Origin: Nitrospirota bacterium
Lineage (GTDB): Bacteria; Nitrospirota; UBA9217
Direction of reading: 5' to 3'
Length of the DNA: 64,000 nucleotides
Assembly (NCBI GenBank): GCA_963749655.1
Contig: CAVVOB010000038.1
Coordinates: 1 to 64,000 of the forward strand
The notes under the pieces were generated by a model. That model was not told the origin of the DNA and ran no database searches. It saw only the letters and a list, made by a program, of their open reading frames with translations. Within the stretch, counting starts at the first letter, position 1. The number at the start of each line of letters is the position of its first letter. Shown piece after piece: positions 17,878 to 30,759 of this stretch. Both the position numbers and the translations under genes were made by a program.

Positions 17878-19236
17878 TTACAGTGTTCCCACCGCCAGCT
17901 TCAGCTCCGCCTGGGCGATGTTGTTGTCGTAGAGCGCCTGGAGCGCGTTTGTTCTCGCCCGGATGAGCGAGTTCTCGGCGCCGAGCACGTCGACGAAGGT
18001 CGTCATGCCGGTCTCGTATCGCTTCTGGACTATGCGCAGGCCCTCTTCGGCTTCCTGCACCGAGGAGGCCGATGAAGCAATCCGGTCGAGAGATGCCGTT
18101 ACATTGTAATACGACTGCCTGACCTGCAGCTGGACCGTCGAACGGGTCTGTTCTTCGAGGGACCTCATTTTGCTGCTTGTTGCGAGCGATTCCTTCACGC
18201 GCGACCGGGTCACGAGGCCGTCGAAGAGGTTCCACGAGAGAACGGCCATGACGGTCCAGCTTTTCCCGTCGTTGCCGGCGAAGGAGTCGCTGTTCCAGTC
18301 AGCCTCGGCCATGAGGTTCAGGCTCGGCAGGTAATCGGCCCTCGCCATCGTCACGGAGGATTCTGCATTCCTGCGGTTCAGCTCCATGGACAGGAGGTCG
18401 GGCCGCTTCGTGGCGGCTTCGCTGATCAGCTCGTTCATGTCTGTTTTCACGTCCTGCGCAGCGAGTGTTCCGGACACTTCATACTCGGCGGTCTGGGGAA
18501 CGCCCATGGCAAAATTGAGCGCCGCGGCCGCGAGCCGTACGCTGTTCCCGGAGCGCGACATCATTTCCTTCACTTCGGCAAGCTGGACCTTTGCGCGAAG
18601 GAGGTCGGACTGGAGCACGGCCCCGGCCTTGTATCGCGCTTCGGCGAGCTTTACGTTCGCCTCGCTCGTTTCAAGGGACTGGGCAGCGACCTTGCGGTAT
18701 TCACGGGCAACCAGCAGGCCGTAGTAGGCTTTCACCACGTTGTACACCGTCTCCTGCCGCGCCCGCTCCCGGTCCTGGAGGGAAGCATCCTTGGCGAGTT
18801 TAGCCTGCGTCCTGCCGACGTATTCCTTGCCGCCGTTGAAGAGGGGCTGCACGACCGCAAGCTTCGTGTTGTAGTTAGAGATGGCAGCGGGATTGTTCAA
18901 GACCGCGGGGTCGAAGTCCGCGGGCGTGACGATCTCCTGGTTCAGCTTCGTGCCGAGCGCCATGAGGGGGCTGTCGGTCTTGCTCCAGGTCTCCGACACC
19001 GTGACCTTGGGCAGGAAACCCGACGCCGACCTGGTGACAGTCGCATCGGCCGCCTCCACCTGGGCATCGGCGGCCCGGAGGCCGGGATTGCTTTCGAGGG
19101 CCTTGCTTATTGCCTGGTCGAGCGTGAGTTCTTCTGCGGCGTAGCTTACCGCCGCCACGGCCAGCGTCAACGCAGCGATCAGCAACAGCAGGAGTGCGAG
19201 GGATGAAACCTTGCATTTCAGGCTCGCGGTTTTCAA
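17878..19236 (-). CDS. TolC family outer membrane protein (start uncertain)
   Basis: LTLDQAI..AL..NP, RYKAG....DLL.A, RYETG....DVL.A. Confidence 0.9.
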   Translation of the reverse strand: MKTASLKCKVSSLALLLLLIAALTLAVAAVSYAAEELTLDQAISKALESNPGLRAADAQVEAADATVTRSASGFLPKVTVSETWSKTDSPLMALGTKLNQEIVTPADFDPAVLNNPAAISNYNTKLAVVQPLFNGGKEYVGRTQAKLAKDASLQDRERARQETVYNVVKAYYGLLVAREYRKVAAQSLETSEANVKLAEARYKAGAVLQSDLLRAKVQLAEVKEMMSRSGNSVRLAAAALNFAMGVPQTAEYEVSGTLAAQDVKTDMNELISEAATKRPDLLSMELNRRNAESSVTMARADYLPSLNLMAEADWNSDSFAGNDGKSWTVMAVLSWNLFDGLVTRSRVKESLATSSKMRSLEEQTRSTVQLQVRQSYYNVTASLDRIASSASSVQEAEEGLRIVQKRYETGMTTFVDVLGAENSLIRARTNALQALYDNNIAQAELKLAVGTL

Positions 19237-19241
19237 TGTGT

Positions 19242-19577
19242 CTAGGCCTTGGCCAAAGATGCATTTCCAGTTCTGTCCCATAAGAGAATTCCGCCTTCGA
19301 GATTTTTTACTTTGTAGCCCATGCGCGAGAGGTACGAGCAGGCATAAGCGCTTCTGTTTCCTACGCGGCAGTAGACAACGATCTCCTTGTTTTTGGGGAG
19401 TTCGTTGAGACGATATCCGAGTTCCTGGAGCGGGAGCAGGTGAGACCCTTCGATGGCCTGGGCCGCATGCTCCTGGGGGGTCCTGACGTCGAGGAGCAGA
19501 AAGTCCTCACGTGATTTTATTTTTTCACTCAGATCATCGGGTCCGATGTTCTGACATCCTGTTGTATTGAAAAACAT
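19242..19577 (-). CDS. Rhodanese-like sulfurtransferase
   Basis: LLDVRT..E, active-site YCRVGNRS, NLEGGILLW; CAGGAGG RBS. Confidence 0.92.
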   Translation of the reverse strand: MFFNTTGCQNIGPDDLSEKIKSREDFLLLDVRTPQEHAAQAIEGSHLLPLQELGYRLNELPKNKEIVVYCRVGNRSAYACSYLSRMGYKVKNLEGGILLWDRTGNASLAKA

Positions 19578-19741
19578 GGTTTCCTCCTGAAGGTCTCTTG
19601 AACCTTCCTGGTTCCCGAGCATTTATCCTTAGTTGTTTTTAACTGCGCTCGAACAATGGACATTGCCAGGGGTTGTATCCTTCGGGGTGGAAGGAAGAGG
19701 GGGAGTGACAATGCCCATTGTTCAAGCTTTGCCGTTACTAT

Positions 19742-19757
19742 TACAATCCGCATGCCA
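19742..19757 (-). promoter_or_regulatory. Putative sigma54 (-24/-12) promoter
   Basis: Minus strand TGGCAT-GCGGA-TTGTA versus consensus TGGCAC-N5-TTGCW; TGTCG/CGACA half-sites upstream at 19830-19940. Confidence 0.55.
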
Positions 19758-20128
19758 AAGAAGTAAGGTGTTGTTTTTGCGGATATTAACTGAATATCGG
19801 AAACAATGCGGCCTTGGATGCGGAAGATTTTGTCGAATGGAAATAAGTATCATGAAGGCATAAGATGCTGATTTTATGGAAAAGAAATCGTCGGACCGTT
19901 TCGACATTTTTGTCGTATGCGGCTGCATCTGTCGCAGTGATCCGGATTTTTTCAGGTTAGATGAAAATTTTATTGATCACATTTATTTTTTTCCTCTTCG
20001 GCTTCATTCTATTTACGGTAGACGCGTTTTTTTGAAGCAGGTGAAGTGCTGAGCGTATTATTCAGAGCTTTTTTCTTGAACAGCCAGATGCTTTGTGTTA
20101 AATTTGACACAGTTGCCGAGGGGGGAAC

Positions 20129-20701
20129 ATGCGAAGAATCCTGCTCGTGTCGTTCTTTATTCTCTTTTCATTCACCGTTGCTCAGAATGCGATCTCCGGC
20201 CAACCCGCCTCCCGGGAGTACAGCAGGGCGAACGGGCTTTTCACGCGGGGCAATTATTCAGAGTCTCTCCTTATATATAAGAAACTGCTTGCCTCGCCGC
20301 CAGACACGGTCGCGCTCAGCGATGTCCATTCCCGTATCGGCGATTGTTATTTTCAGCTGAATGATTATCTGAACGCCCGTTCCGCCTATAGCAACGCCTT
20401 GCAGCATCAGCAGCCGTCGCAGCGTCCTTCGACCCAATACTGGATCGGATTCTGTACTTTTCTGCTCGGCAGGGACCGGGAGGCGGTGGCCGAGTTCCTG
20501 AAAATACCGGACCAATACCCGTCCTCCGGGATGTGGGTCAACACCGCTTTTTACTGGGCAGGCAGGGCGAGCGAGCGGATGGGCAGGAAAGACGAAGCAG
20601 CCGAGTATTACCGCAAGGCAGGCGGCAGCGGGAAATCGGTCACGGACCGGTTCGCAATGAAAAAAGCGGAGGCAGTAAAGAAAGGGGCGAGCAGCAAGTA
20701 G
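20129..20701 (+). CDS. Exported tetratricopeptide repeat protein
   Basis: Signal peptide plus TPR helices (RIGDCYF, YWIG, YPSS..A.YW.G). Confidence 0.85.
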   Translation: MRRILLVSFFILFSFTVAQNAISGQPASREYSRANGLFTRGNYSESLLIYKKLLASPPDTVALSDVHSRIGDCYFQLNDYLNARSAYSNALQHQQPSQRPSTQYWIGFCTFLLGRDREAVAEFLKIPDQYPSSGMWVNTAFYWAGRASERMGRKDEAAEYYRKAGGSGKSVTDRFAMKKAEAVKKGASSK

Positions 20702-20800
20702 CAAGGGGCAAGTAGCAAGGGAAACCAGAAGACAGTGGCAGGCAGCGAAGGGATTTCCTTGACCCTTGCTACTTGACCCTTGACCCCGGACCCTTGACCC
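20691..20800. repeat. Inverted heptamer array (GCAAGKR / CCCTTGA)n
   Basis: GCAAGTA GCAAGGG GCAAGTA GCAAGGG ... CCCTTGC TACTTGA CCCTTGA CCCCGGA CCCTTGA. Confidence 0.8.
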
Positions 20801-20812
20801 AGTCTTTTCATC

Positions 20813-22505
20813 ATGCTCAAAGAACTGAACATAAAAAACTTTGCGATCATCGATGAGCTCCGCGTGGAGTTCGCGCCGGGGCTGAACGTGTTCACCGGCG
20901 AAACCGGCGCGGGCAAGTCCATCATCGTCGACGCGCTCAACCTCGCCCTGGGCGAGCGGGCGAGCGCCGATCTCATCAGGACCGGCTTCCAGGAGGCCGT
21001 GGTGGAGGCGGCGTTCGACCTGAACGGCAGAAGCAGGAAGACCGTCTCGGCGCTGCTCAAGGAGCAGGGGATCGACGTGAACGACGGCGAGGACCTGATC
21101 GTCCGGCGCGTTCTTTCGTCGTCAGGCAAAAATAAGGTCTACATCAGCGGCAGTCTGGCGAACCTTGCGACCCTGGCGACGCTCGGCGGGTATCTTGCCG
21201 ACATCCACGGCCAGCACGAACACCAGTCCCTCCTGTCCGTCGACCGCCAGATGGAGATGCTTGATTCCTTCGGCGGCCTCGACGAGCTGGTTGCCGCCGT
21301 GGGGTCCTTTTACCGCAGGCTGCTGGATGCGAGAAAGGGGCTGGCGGAGCTCCAGACCGGTGAGCGCGAACGGGCCCAGCGCGAGGAGCATCCTCCGGTT
21401 CCAGAAGAACGAGATCGAGGCCGCCGCGTTCAAACCCGGCGAGGATGAAGGGCTCGCCGCCGAGCAGAAGGTCCTGGCCAATGCGGAAAAGCTTGCGGGG
21501 CTGGCCGCGATGGTCGACGAGACGCTCTATTCATCGGACGATTCGGTCCTTTCGAGCGTGAAAAAAGCGGTCAGCGGCCTTCGGGACATCGTCGAGATCG
21601 ACAACCGGCTCGCCGGCGCCGTCGAGCTCTGCGAATCGGGCAGGGCCCAGATCGAGGAAGCGGCCCGCGAGATCGCGTCCTACCGGGACAGCGTGGAGTT
21701 CGATCCCCAGCGGCTCGAGCAGATCGGCGACCGGCTCGACTTCATCCAGAAGTGCAAGAAGAAATACGGCAACACCATCGAGGAAATCATCGCCTTCGGC
21801 GCGCGGGCGGCGGAAGAGCTGGACCGCATGGAGAGAAGCACCGAGGAGATCGAGAAGCTCAAGTCCGAGATCCAGGCGATCAAGTTCGAGCTTACCGACA
21901 AGTCGAGCGAGCTTACGAAAAAGCGCGGCGCGGCTGCGCGGGACCTCGAAAAAAAGGTTGAAGCCGAGCTGGGACAGCTGGGCATGAAGAATACGAAATT
22001 CACGGTGAAGATCATCCAGGAGCCGGGCGGAGATTCCCTGGACGGCCTGAAGCTCGGCCCACGCGGCGCGGACCGTGTGGAATTCCTTATCGCGCCGAAC
22101 CCCGGCGAGGAGCCGAAACCCCTGGCCAGGACCGCCTCAGGAGGCGAGCTTTCGCGCATCATGCTTGCGCTCAAGACCATCCTGGTGGAGGGCGACAGCA
22201 TTCCTACCGTTGTTTTCGACGAGGTCGACGCGGGAATCGGCGGCGCGGTCGCCGAGGAAGTCGGGAAGAAGCTCAAGCGTGTTGCGGCGAAGCGCCAGGT
22301 TTTCTGCATCACCCACCTGGCCCAGATCGCGAGCATGGCAGGCAGCCACTACGGCGTGTCCAAGTCCGTGAAAAAGGACCGGACGAGCACCGAGGTGCTT
22401 CTCCTGGACAGGGAGCAGCGCGTCGCCGAGATAGCACGCATGCTGGGCGGCAGCACCATCACCGACGCGACGGTAAAGCATGCCGAGGAAATGCTGGGGC
22501 TGTGA
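20813..22505 (+). CDS. recN: DNA repair protein RecN (frameshift near 21390)
   Basis: TGETGAGKS, IHGQHEHQ, ASGGELSR, FDEVDAGIGG, ITHLAQIA. Confidence 0.95.
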
Positions 22506-22559
22506 ACGTCCGAGAGGCCGTGAGGCGTGAGAAGTGAGGAGTGAGGGGAAGGAAGCGTA

Positions 22560-22766
22560 ATGGGCAAGGTCGTTATCAATGTCACGTACTGCAAAGGCTG
22601 CGGGCTCTGCACCACGGCCTGCGCAAAGAAGTTTCTGAAGATCGGGTCGCAGTTCAACAAGAACGGCTACTATGCCGTGGAATATTGCGGCGACGAAGGG
22701 GCCTGCACCGGATGCGCGCTCTGCGCCGAGATGTGTCCCGACGTGGCGATTGAAGTGTGGAAGTGA
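22560..22766 (+). CDS. 2[4Fe-4S] ferredoxin (2-oxoacid oxidoreductase delta subunit)
   Basis: CKGCGLC...C and CTGCALC...CP. Confidence 0.92.
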   Translation: MGKVVINVTYCKGCGLCTTACAKKFLKIGSQFNKNGYYAVEYCGDEGACTGCALCAEMCPDVAIEVWK

Positions 22767-22769
22767 TCG

Positions 22770-22863
22770 AGAAGTGTGAAACGTGAAAAGTGAAACGAAA
22801 AAAGTGAAACGTGAGAAATGAAACGTTTGAAGCGTCTTACCTTTCACCATTTACGTTTCACGT
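22770..22863. repeat. Inverted heptamer array (GTGAAAC)n
   Basis: GTGAAAC GTGAAAA GTGAAAC ... GTGAAAC GTGAGAA ATGAAAC versus CTTTCAC CATTTAC GTTTCAC. Confidence 0.8.
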
Positions 22864-22884
22864 GTTCGGAGAGGTTGCGTAACA

Positions 22885-24972
<2,088 letters not shown>

Positions 24973-24976
<4 letters not shown>

Positions 24977-25566
24977 ACGGTTTTCTGCAGCGGGTCACGA
25001 ACATACTCATAAGGCCGCGAAGCGAGTGGCGGGAGATCCGGGAAGAAACAGCGACGAATGCGGACATCCTGCTCCGGTATGTATGCCTTCTTGCGATGAT
25101 CCCTCCTGCGGCCGCCGTAGCAGAGCGCTACCTTTTCGGCAGGGGGATCGTCAGCAACGCGGTTCATTCCCCGTTCGGCTATGTCCTTGCCGCCAATATC
25201 CTGTGGTATTTCGTGATCGTCGTGAATATGATCATCACAGCTGTCGTCATCACCGCGATCACCCAGTCGACGGGAACGGGCTGGGTGGGTCTCCGGGGAC
25301 TGCATCTCGCAAGCTACTCATACACTCCGCTGTTTATCGTCGGCATCCTCACCATCATTCCGACGCTGGGCTGGCTCGTCTATCCCGCGATCCTGTACAG
25401 TCTTTGCCTCCTCTATCTCGGCATCAGGGCGATGACCGGCGCCGGGCGGAGGAAGGCCGCCTGGCACGCATTCGCATCGTTTCTCGCGACCGGAGCGATC
25501 GTCGGTCTGCTCAACGGAATAGAGTATATGCTTGAGTCCTTTATAGCAGAGAAGGTCTTCTTCTGA
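24973..25566 (+). CDS. Yip1 family membrane protein
   Basis: ILIRP..EW..I start, ASYSYTP, YSL.LLYLG; about 5 TM helices. Confidence 0.8.
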
Positions 25567-25573
25567 TATTTCC

Positions 25574-26699
25574 ATGGCCATCTACCTCGATTACAACGCA
25601 AGCACTCCCGTAGACCCGCGGGTGCTTGAAGAGATGCTTCCGTACCTGAAGGACCGATACGGAAACCCATCGAGCACCCATGCGTTCGGCGCTGCCTGCC
25701 GTGCCGGCATTGAGCAGGCCCGGGAGCGGGTCGCCCTGCTTCTGGGATGCAGGGCCGAGGAGGTCATCTTCACCAGCGGGGCGACGGAATCGAACAATAT
25801 GGTGATCCAGGGCGTTGCGGCAGCGTCGCCCGCGGGAAGCCGCATCATCACCTCGTCGATCGAGCACCCGGCAGTGCTCGAACCGTGCCGCTATCTGGAG
25901 CGCAGGGGGTACGCAGTCACGTATCTGCCTGTCGACCGGCAGGGGATGGTGGACCCGGCCGCCCTTGAAAAGGCAATCACGCCGAAGACCGCGCTCGTTA
26001 CGATCATGCACGCGAACAATGAGACGGGAACTCTGCAGCCCATCGCGGAATTGAGCCGTATCGCCGCGTCGCGGAACGTGTTGTTCCACACCGACGCCGC
26101 CCAGAGCGCGGGCAAGGTGCCGGTCTCGGTGGATGAGCTGGGAGTTGATTTTCTCACCGTGGCCGGCCACAAGTTCTACGCGCCGAAGGGAATCGGCGCG
26201 CTCTTTATCCGTTCCGGGAGAAAGCCCGCAAACCTGATGTACGGGGCCGGCCACGAACGGGGGCTCCGTCCGGGGACCGAGAACGCCGCTTTTATCGCGG
26301 GCCTGGGCGCAGCCGCCGTGATCGCGATGCCGGTCCTTGCCGGCGAAGGAGAGCGGCAGAAAAAGCTCGGGCAGCGGCTGTTTGACGGCTTGACGCGCGC
26401 GGGCCTGAAGGTGCAGCTGAACGGCCATCCGGACAAGAAGCTTCCGAACACATGGAACATCAGCTTCGAGGGTTTCACCTCCGTAGAGGTGATGAACGCA
26501 CTGGGCGGGGAGATTGCCGTCTCTCCGGGCGCAGCATGCCACGGCGATCTGGTAGAACCGTCGCACGTCCTTGCAGCCATGGGGATCGATACCGCGCTCG
26601 CACGGGGGGCGATACGCTTCAGCCTGGGCAGGGAAACAACGGAAGTGGAGATTGACTGCGGTCATTGAGAAGATTGAAGAAATGGACTCAAGAGGATAA
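25574..26699 (+). CDS. Cysteine desulfurase (IscS/NifS family), C-terminal frameshift
   Basis: YLDYNAST, FTSGATE, ANNETG, HTDAAQ, HKFYAPKG, GAAC, IRFSLG. Confidence 0.93.
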
Positions 26700-26849
26700 G
26701 GCGGAATTAGTGTCATATGCGGATTGCGGAATGTTGCGATCGAATAACCGCAGCGTATTCGGAGATCTTCAGCTTGGACGCAGTTTTAAAAGTTTAGGAT
26801 TTATTTGCGCCTTGCGGCTTTTGCGGATTTGAAATTTTCGTCGGAAACC

Positions 26850-28238
26850 ATGCCGAAAGAAACTATTCTCATAATCGACGACGAAGAAAGCGTGCGCAGG
26901 ACCCTTGCCGACGTGATGCGCGACGAAGGCTATGAGGTCGTGACCGCGGCTTCGGGCAAAGAGGGGATCGACCTGCTCAGGGAAGCGCAGCCGTCGCTTG
27001 CGCTCCTGGACATCGCGATGCCCGAGATGGACGGCATCGAGACGCTCCGGAGAATGCGGGACATCAGGCCCGACATGCCCGTGATCATGATCACCGGTCA
27101 CGGGACCATCGAGACCGCCGTCAAGACGACGAAGATGGGCGCCTATGATTTCATGGTCAAGCCCCCGGAGCTCGCCCATCTTACGCTCGTCGTCAAGCAC
27201 GGTCTGGAAGAGTTCCGTCTGCGCGAGGAGAACGAATCGCTCAAGCGGAGCATAGAGCGCAGGTCCGAGATCGTCGGAGAGAGCGATACGATCAATGCGC
27301 TCAAGCAGCAGATCGCCCTGGCCGGACCGACGAACGGATGGGTGCTGATCCACGGCGAGAGCGGTACCGGCAAGGAACTTGTGGCGCGCGCCATCCATCG
27401 CGCCAGCAAGCGGGCAGCAGGGCCCTTTGTCGAGGTAAACTGCGCGGCCATCCCCCAGGAGCTCATCGAAAGCGAGCTCTTCGGGCATGAGAAGGGCTCC
27501 TTCACGGGGGCCACGGGCATGAAGCGCGGCACCTTCGAGCTCGCCGACGGGGGCACCATCTTCCTCGATGAGATCGCCGACATGAGCCTTGCCACCCAGG
27601 CCAAGGTCCTGCGGGTGCTGGAGGGGCAGGAGTTCCAGCGCGTGGGCGGCACCAGAACGCTCCGGACCGATGTGCGCGTCGTTGCCGCGTCGAATAAGCA
27701 TCTTGCCGATGAGATAAGGAAAGGATCGTTCCGGCAGGACCTGTTCTACCGTCTCAACGTCATTCCTCTCGACGTCCCTCCGTTGCGGGAGCGCACGGAC
27801 GACATCCCCCGGCTTGTGCGCCATTTTCTCCGGGAGTTTTCCAGCGAGTACGGCCAGAAGCCCAAGGACATCGAGGATGCCGCGCTGGCCCTTTTCATCC
27901 GGTATGCCTGGCCGGGCAATGTGCGGGAGCTGCGGAATTTCATCGAGCGCCTGATCATCATGGTCCCCGGTCCCGTACTCACCGCCCGGGACGTTCCGAC
28001 GCCTGTCGGCGGCATGCATGCGGCGGACCGGACGCTTCCGGGAGCCGGCCCCGCAGCACCGTTCCGCGCGAACGGCGAGACGCTCAGAGAAGCGCGGGTC
28101 GAGTTCGAGCGCGAGTTCATCAGCCGGAAGCTCAGGGAATTCGGCGGCAACGTGAGCAGGACCGCCGACGCCATCGGCGTGGAGCGGAGCAACCTGCACC
28201 GGAAGATCAAGGCGCTGGGGATCGAAGCTGAGCCGTAA
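26850..28238 (+). CDS. Sigma54-dependent response regulator (NtrX/NtrC-like)
   Basis: REC domain, GESGTGKE, GSFTGA, FLDEI, WPGNVREL, Fis-type HTH. Confidence 0.93.
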   Translation: MPKETILIIDDEESVRRTLADVMRDEGYEVVTAASGKEGIDLLREAQPSLALLDIAMPEMDGIETLRRMRDIRPDMPVIMITGHGTIETAVKTTKMGAYDFMVKPPELAHLTLVVKHGLEEFRLREENESLKRSIERRSEIVGESDTINALKQQIALAGPTNGWVLIHGESGTGKELVARAIHRASKRAAGPFVEVNCAAIPQELIESELFGHEKGSFTGATGMKRGTFELADGGTIFLDEIADMSLATQAKVLRVLEGQEFQRVGGTRTLRTDVRVVAASNKHLADEIRKGSFRQDLFYRLNVIPLDVPPLRERTDDIPRLVRHFLREFSSEYGQKPKDIEDAALALFIRYAWPGNVRELRNFIERLIIMVPGPVLTARDVPTPVGGMHAADRTLPGAGPAAPFRANGETLREARVEFEREFISRKLREFGGNVSRTADAIGVERSNLHRKIKALGIEAEP

Positions 28239-28343
28239 GGAGTGAGGTGGGAGGGGTAAGGAGGGAAAAGACCCTTTGCCCGAACGAGGCGTTGAGTCGC
28301 TCGCCCGTCTTCGCCGCCTTACTCCTCACACCTGACTCCTCAC
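28236..28343. repeat. Inverted heptamer array (GTRAGGA)n
   Basis: GTAAGGA GTGAGGT GGGAGGG GTAAGGA ... CCTTACT CCTCACA CCTGACT CCTCAC; same family at 22520-22550 and 62799-62877. Confidence 0.8.
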
Positions 28344-28355
28344 GGATGTTTAATA

Positions 28356-29196
28356 ATGATAGAAACACGAGAACTTACAAAATATTTCGGCGATATCGGC
28401 GCCGTGAAAGTCCATCAGCTTCACGGTCGGCAAAGGCGAGGTGTTCGGCCTGCTGGGGCCGAACGGCGCGGGCAAAACCACGACGATCCGCATGCTGACC
28501 ACGCTGCTCGCTCCCACGTCGGGCAGGGCCACGGTTGCCGGGCACGATATAACAACGGAACCGCTCAAGGTCAGACAGTCAATCGGCGTCGTGCCGCAGA
28601 TGCTGAACCTCGACATCGACCTTACGGCGGCCGAGAACCTCGACTATCACGGCAGGCTCCACAAAATGAACGCCGCAGACAGGAACGCACGCATCGGTGA
28701 ACTGCTGCATTTCGTGGGGCTTTGGGACAGAAAGGATACGCCGGTGGAGCACCTTTCCGGCGGCATGCGCAGGCGGCTTTTGATCGCCCGCGGGCTGATC
28801 CACCGGCCCGCCGTCGTTTTCCTGGACGAACCCACCGTGGGACTCGACCCGCAGGCGCGCCGGATGATCTGGGGAATGATCGCCGACCTGAAGCAGAGCG
28901 GCATCACTGTCCTGCTGACGACGCATTATATAGAGGAGGCCGACGCCCTTTGTGACCGCGTGGCCATTATGCGCACGGGGACCATCATGACCATGGGAGC
29001 GCCGGCCGACCTCAAGGCCATCGCGGGCAGATACGTGCTGGAATGCCTGGGAAGGCACGACCTGCCGCGCAGGTTCTTTCACGGCCGCCACGAAGCCCTG
29101 GACACGGGCAAGGAACTGGGCTGCAACGTCGTCGTGCGCGATGTCACGCTCGAAGACGTGTTCATCGAGCTGACCGGGGAACGGATCGAAGGGTGA
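28356..29196 (+). CDS. ABC transporter ATP-binding protein (frameshift near 28410)
   Basis: GPNGAGKT, LSGGMRRR, LDEPT, TTHY. Confidence 0.92.
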
Positions 29197-29208
29197 CCCT
29201 GTTTTTTT

Positions 29209-29343
29209 GCCACGAATTGACGCGAATTTTCAGGAATGTACAGGACATGAAGAAGGTTTTGATCAAGTCGTAAAGAAAGAATCTACGCGATCAACGTATG
29301 AAATCATCGCTTTCAATTCGTGCTAATTCGTGCAATTCGTGGC
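29209..29343. repeat. Inverted nonamer array (CACGAATTN)n
   Basis: GCCACGAATTGACGCGAATT...AATTCGTGCTAATTCGTGCAATTCGTGGC. Confidence 0.85.
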
Positions 29344-29364
29344 CAACTGAGATTTAACCTCCAT

Positions 29365-30094
29365 ATGAACTTCTATCCCATTTTCTGGAAAGAGATGATG
29401 CTGATCCGCAAGAAACCGTGGCGGTTTCTTGCGTCGAGCCTGGTCATGCCGGTCCTCTACCTGGTCACTTTCGGCTGGGGCCTGGGACGGGGAATGAACA
29501 TTGCCGGGGGCAGGTACCTTCGACTTTATCCTGCCGGGCATCCTGGCGCTTTCGGCGATGAACAACAGCTTCGGCCCGGTCTCGACGTCGCTCAATATCA
29601 GCAAGCTCTACACGAAAACCATCGAGGAAGTGCTTGTTTCTCCCGTAAGCCATTGGGACATTGCGCTCGGCAGGACGCTCACCGGCCTCGTGCGCGGAAT
29701 GTTCGCCGCGTTCATGCTCCTCGTCGTGGGGCTCGTGTCGGGGGTGAACATCCACCTGACGGCCCGCTTCTTTCTCGTCCTGGCGCTGACGTCGTTCTGC
29801 TTCGGGTCAGCCGGCGTTGCCGCGGCAATGACCGCCCGCTCCCATGAGGACATGGCGAATTTCAACAGCTTCTTCATCATCCCCATGTCGTTCCTGGCAG
29901 GCACGTTCTTCTCCCCCGACAGGATGCCCGAACCGTTCAGGAGCATGATCCTGGTCTATCCGCTGACCCATGCGAGCCTGCTGCTGCGCGCTCTCGCATC
30001 GGGCGGCGACGTACCTGCCGGCTCGATGGTCATTCTGGCGGCCTATACGGGAAGCTTTTACCTTCTCGCCGGCATGATGGTAAAGAGAAGTTGA
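29365..30094 (+). CDS. ABC-2 type permease (frameshift near 29515)
   Basis: F.LPGILA, PM.FL.GTFF, PLTHA; follows the ATPase. Confidence 0.88.
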
Positions 30095-30177
30095 GGGACA
30101 ACCGGAAAAACGGTACACCGCCTCCTGAATTGCCGCGTGTGTATAAGAATCGGTAATTGACTGCGTTTTAAATAACC

Positions 30178-30732
30178 ATGGCAACAGAATTCACGCATAT
30201 ATTTGTATCAGCGGCCTTCGGCAAGCTGTACACCGACGAGAAAATGCCCGCCCGGTTCTGGGCGCTGTCCGCGGTCTGCTCCGTGCTGCCCGACGTCGAC
30301 GTCGTCGGGTTCTACTACGGGATCCGCTACGGCGGCATGCTCGGACATCGGGGGTTTTCCCATTCCCTTACCTTTGCCGTGCTGGCGGCCCTCCTCGTGG
30401 TCATCCTGGGATTTCCGGCAATCGGCCGGTTTTCCAGAAAATGGTGGAGCATGGTGCTCTTTTTCTTCCTGGTCACGGCAACGCACGGCGTTCTCGATTC
30501 CATGACCGACAAAGGCATGGGGGTGGGCTTCTTCATTCCCTTTGACAACACGCGCTACTTCATGCCCTGGAGGCCCATCTTCGCATCTCCCATGCCCATC
30601 TCCCGGTTCTTCAGCCGTACGGGTCTCGAAGTGTTCGCCGCCGAAGTCCTCTGGCTCTGGCTTCCTCTGCTGCTGCTCGTTTTGGGAGTAACGCAGCTTC
30701 GGCGAAAAAAGTCCTCCGCTGGCCTGACATGA
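30178..30732 (+). CDS. YdjM-like membrane metal-dependent hydrolase
   Basis: TH, LPDVD, HRGFSHS, HGVLD motifs. Confidence 0.88.
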   Translation: MATEFTHIFVSAAFGKLYTDEKMPARFWALSAVCSVLPDVDVVGFYYGIRYGGMLGHRGFSHSLTFAVLAALLVVILGFPAIGRFSRKWWSMVLFFFLVTATHGVLDSMTDKGMGVGFFIPFDNTRYFMPWRPIFASPMPISRFFSRTGLEVFAAEVLWLWLPLLLLVLGVTQLRRKKSSAGLT

Positions 30733-30759
30733 TCCGAAAGTGCCCGGTTCGGGTATCCG

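Noticed and set aside
20040-20812. SOS box upstream of recN (also checked the ydjM-like gene at 30178)
   Set aside because: No GAAC-N4-GTTC seen by eye in either upstream region.
27480-27520. GSFTGA instead of GAFTGA in the sigma54 activator
   Set aside because: A common natural variant in NtrC/NtrX-type proteins.
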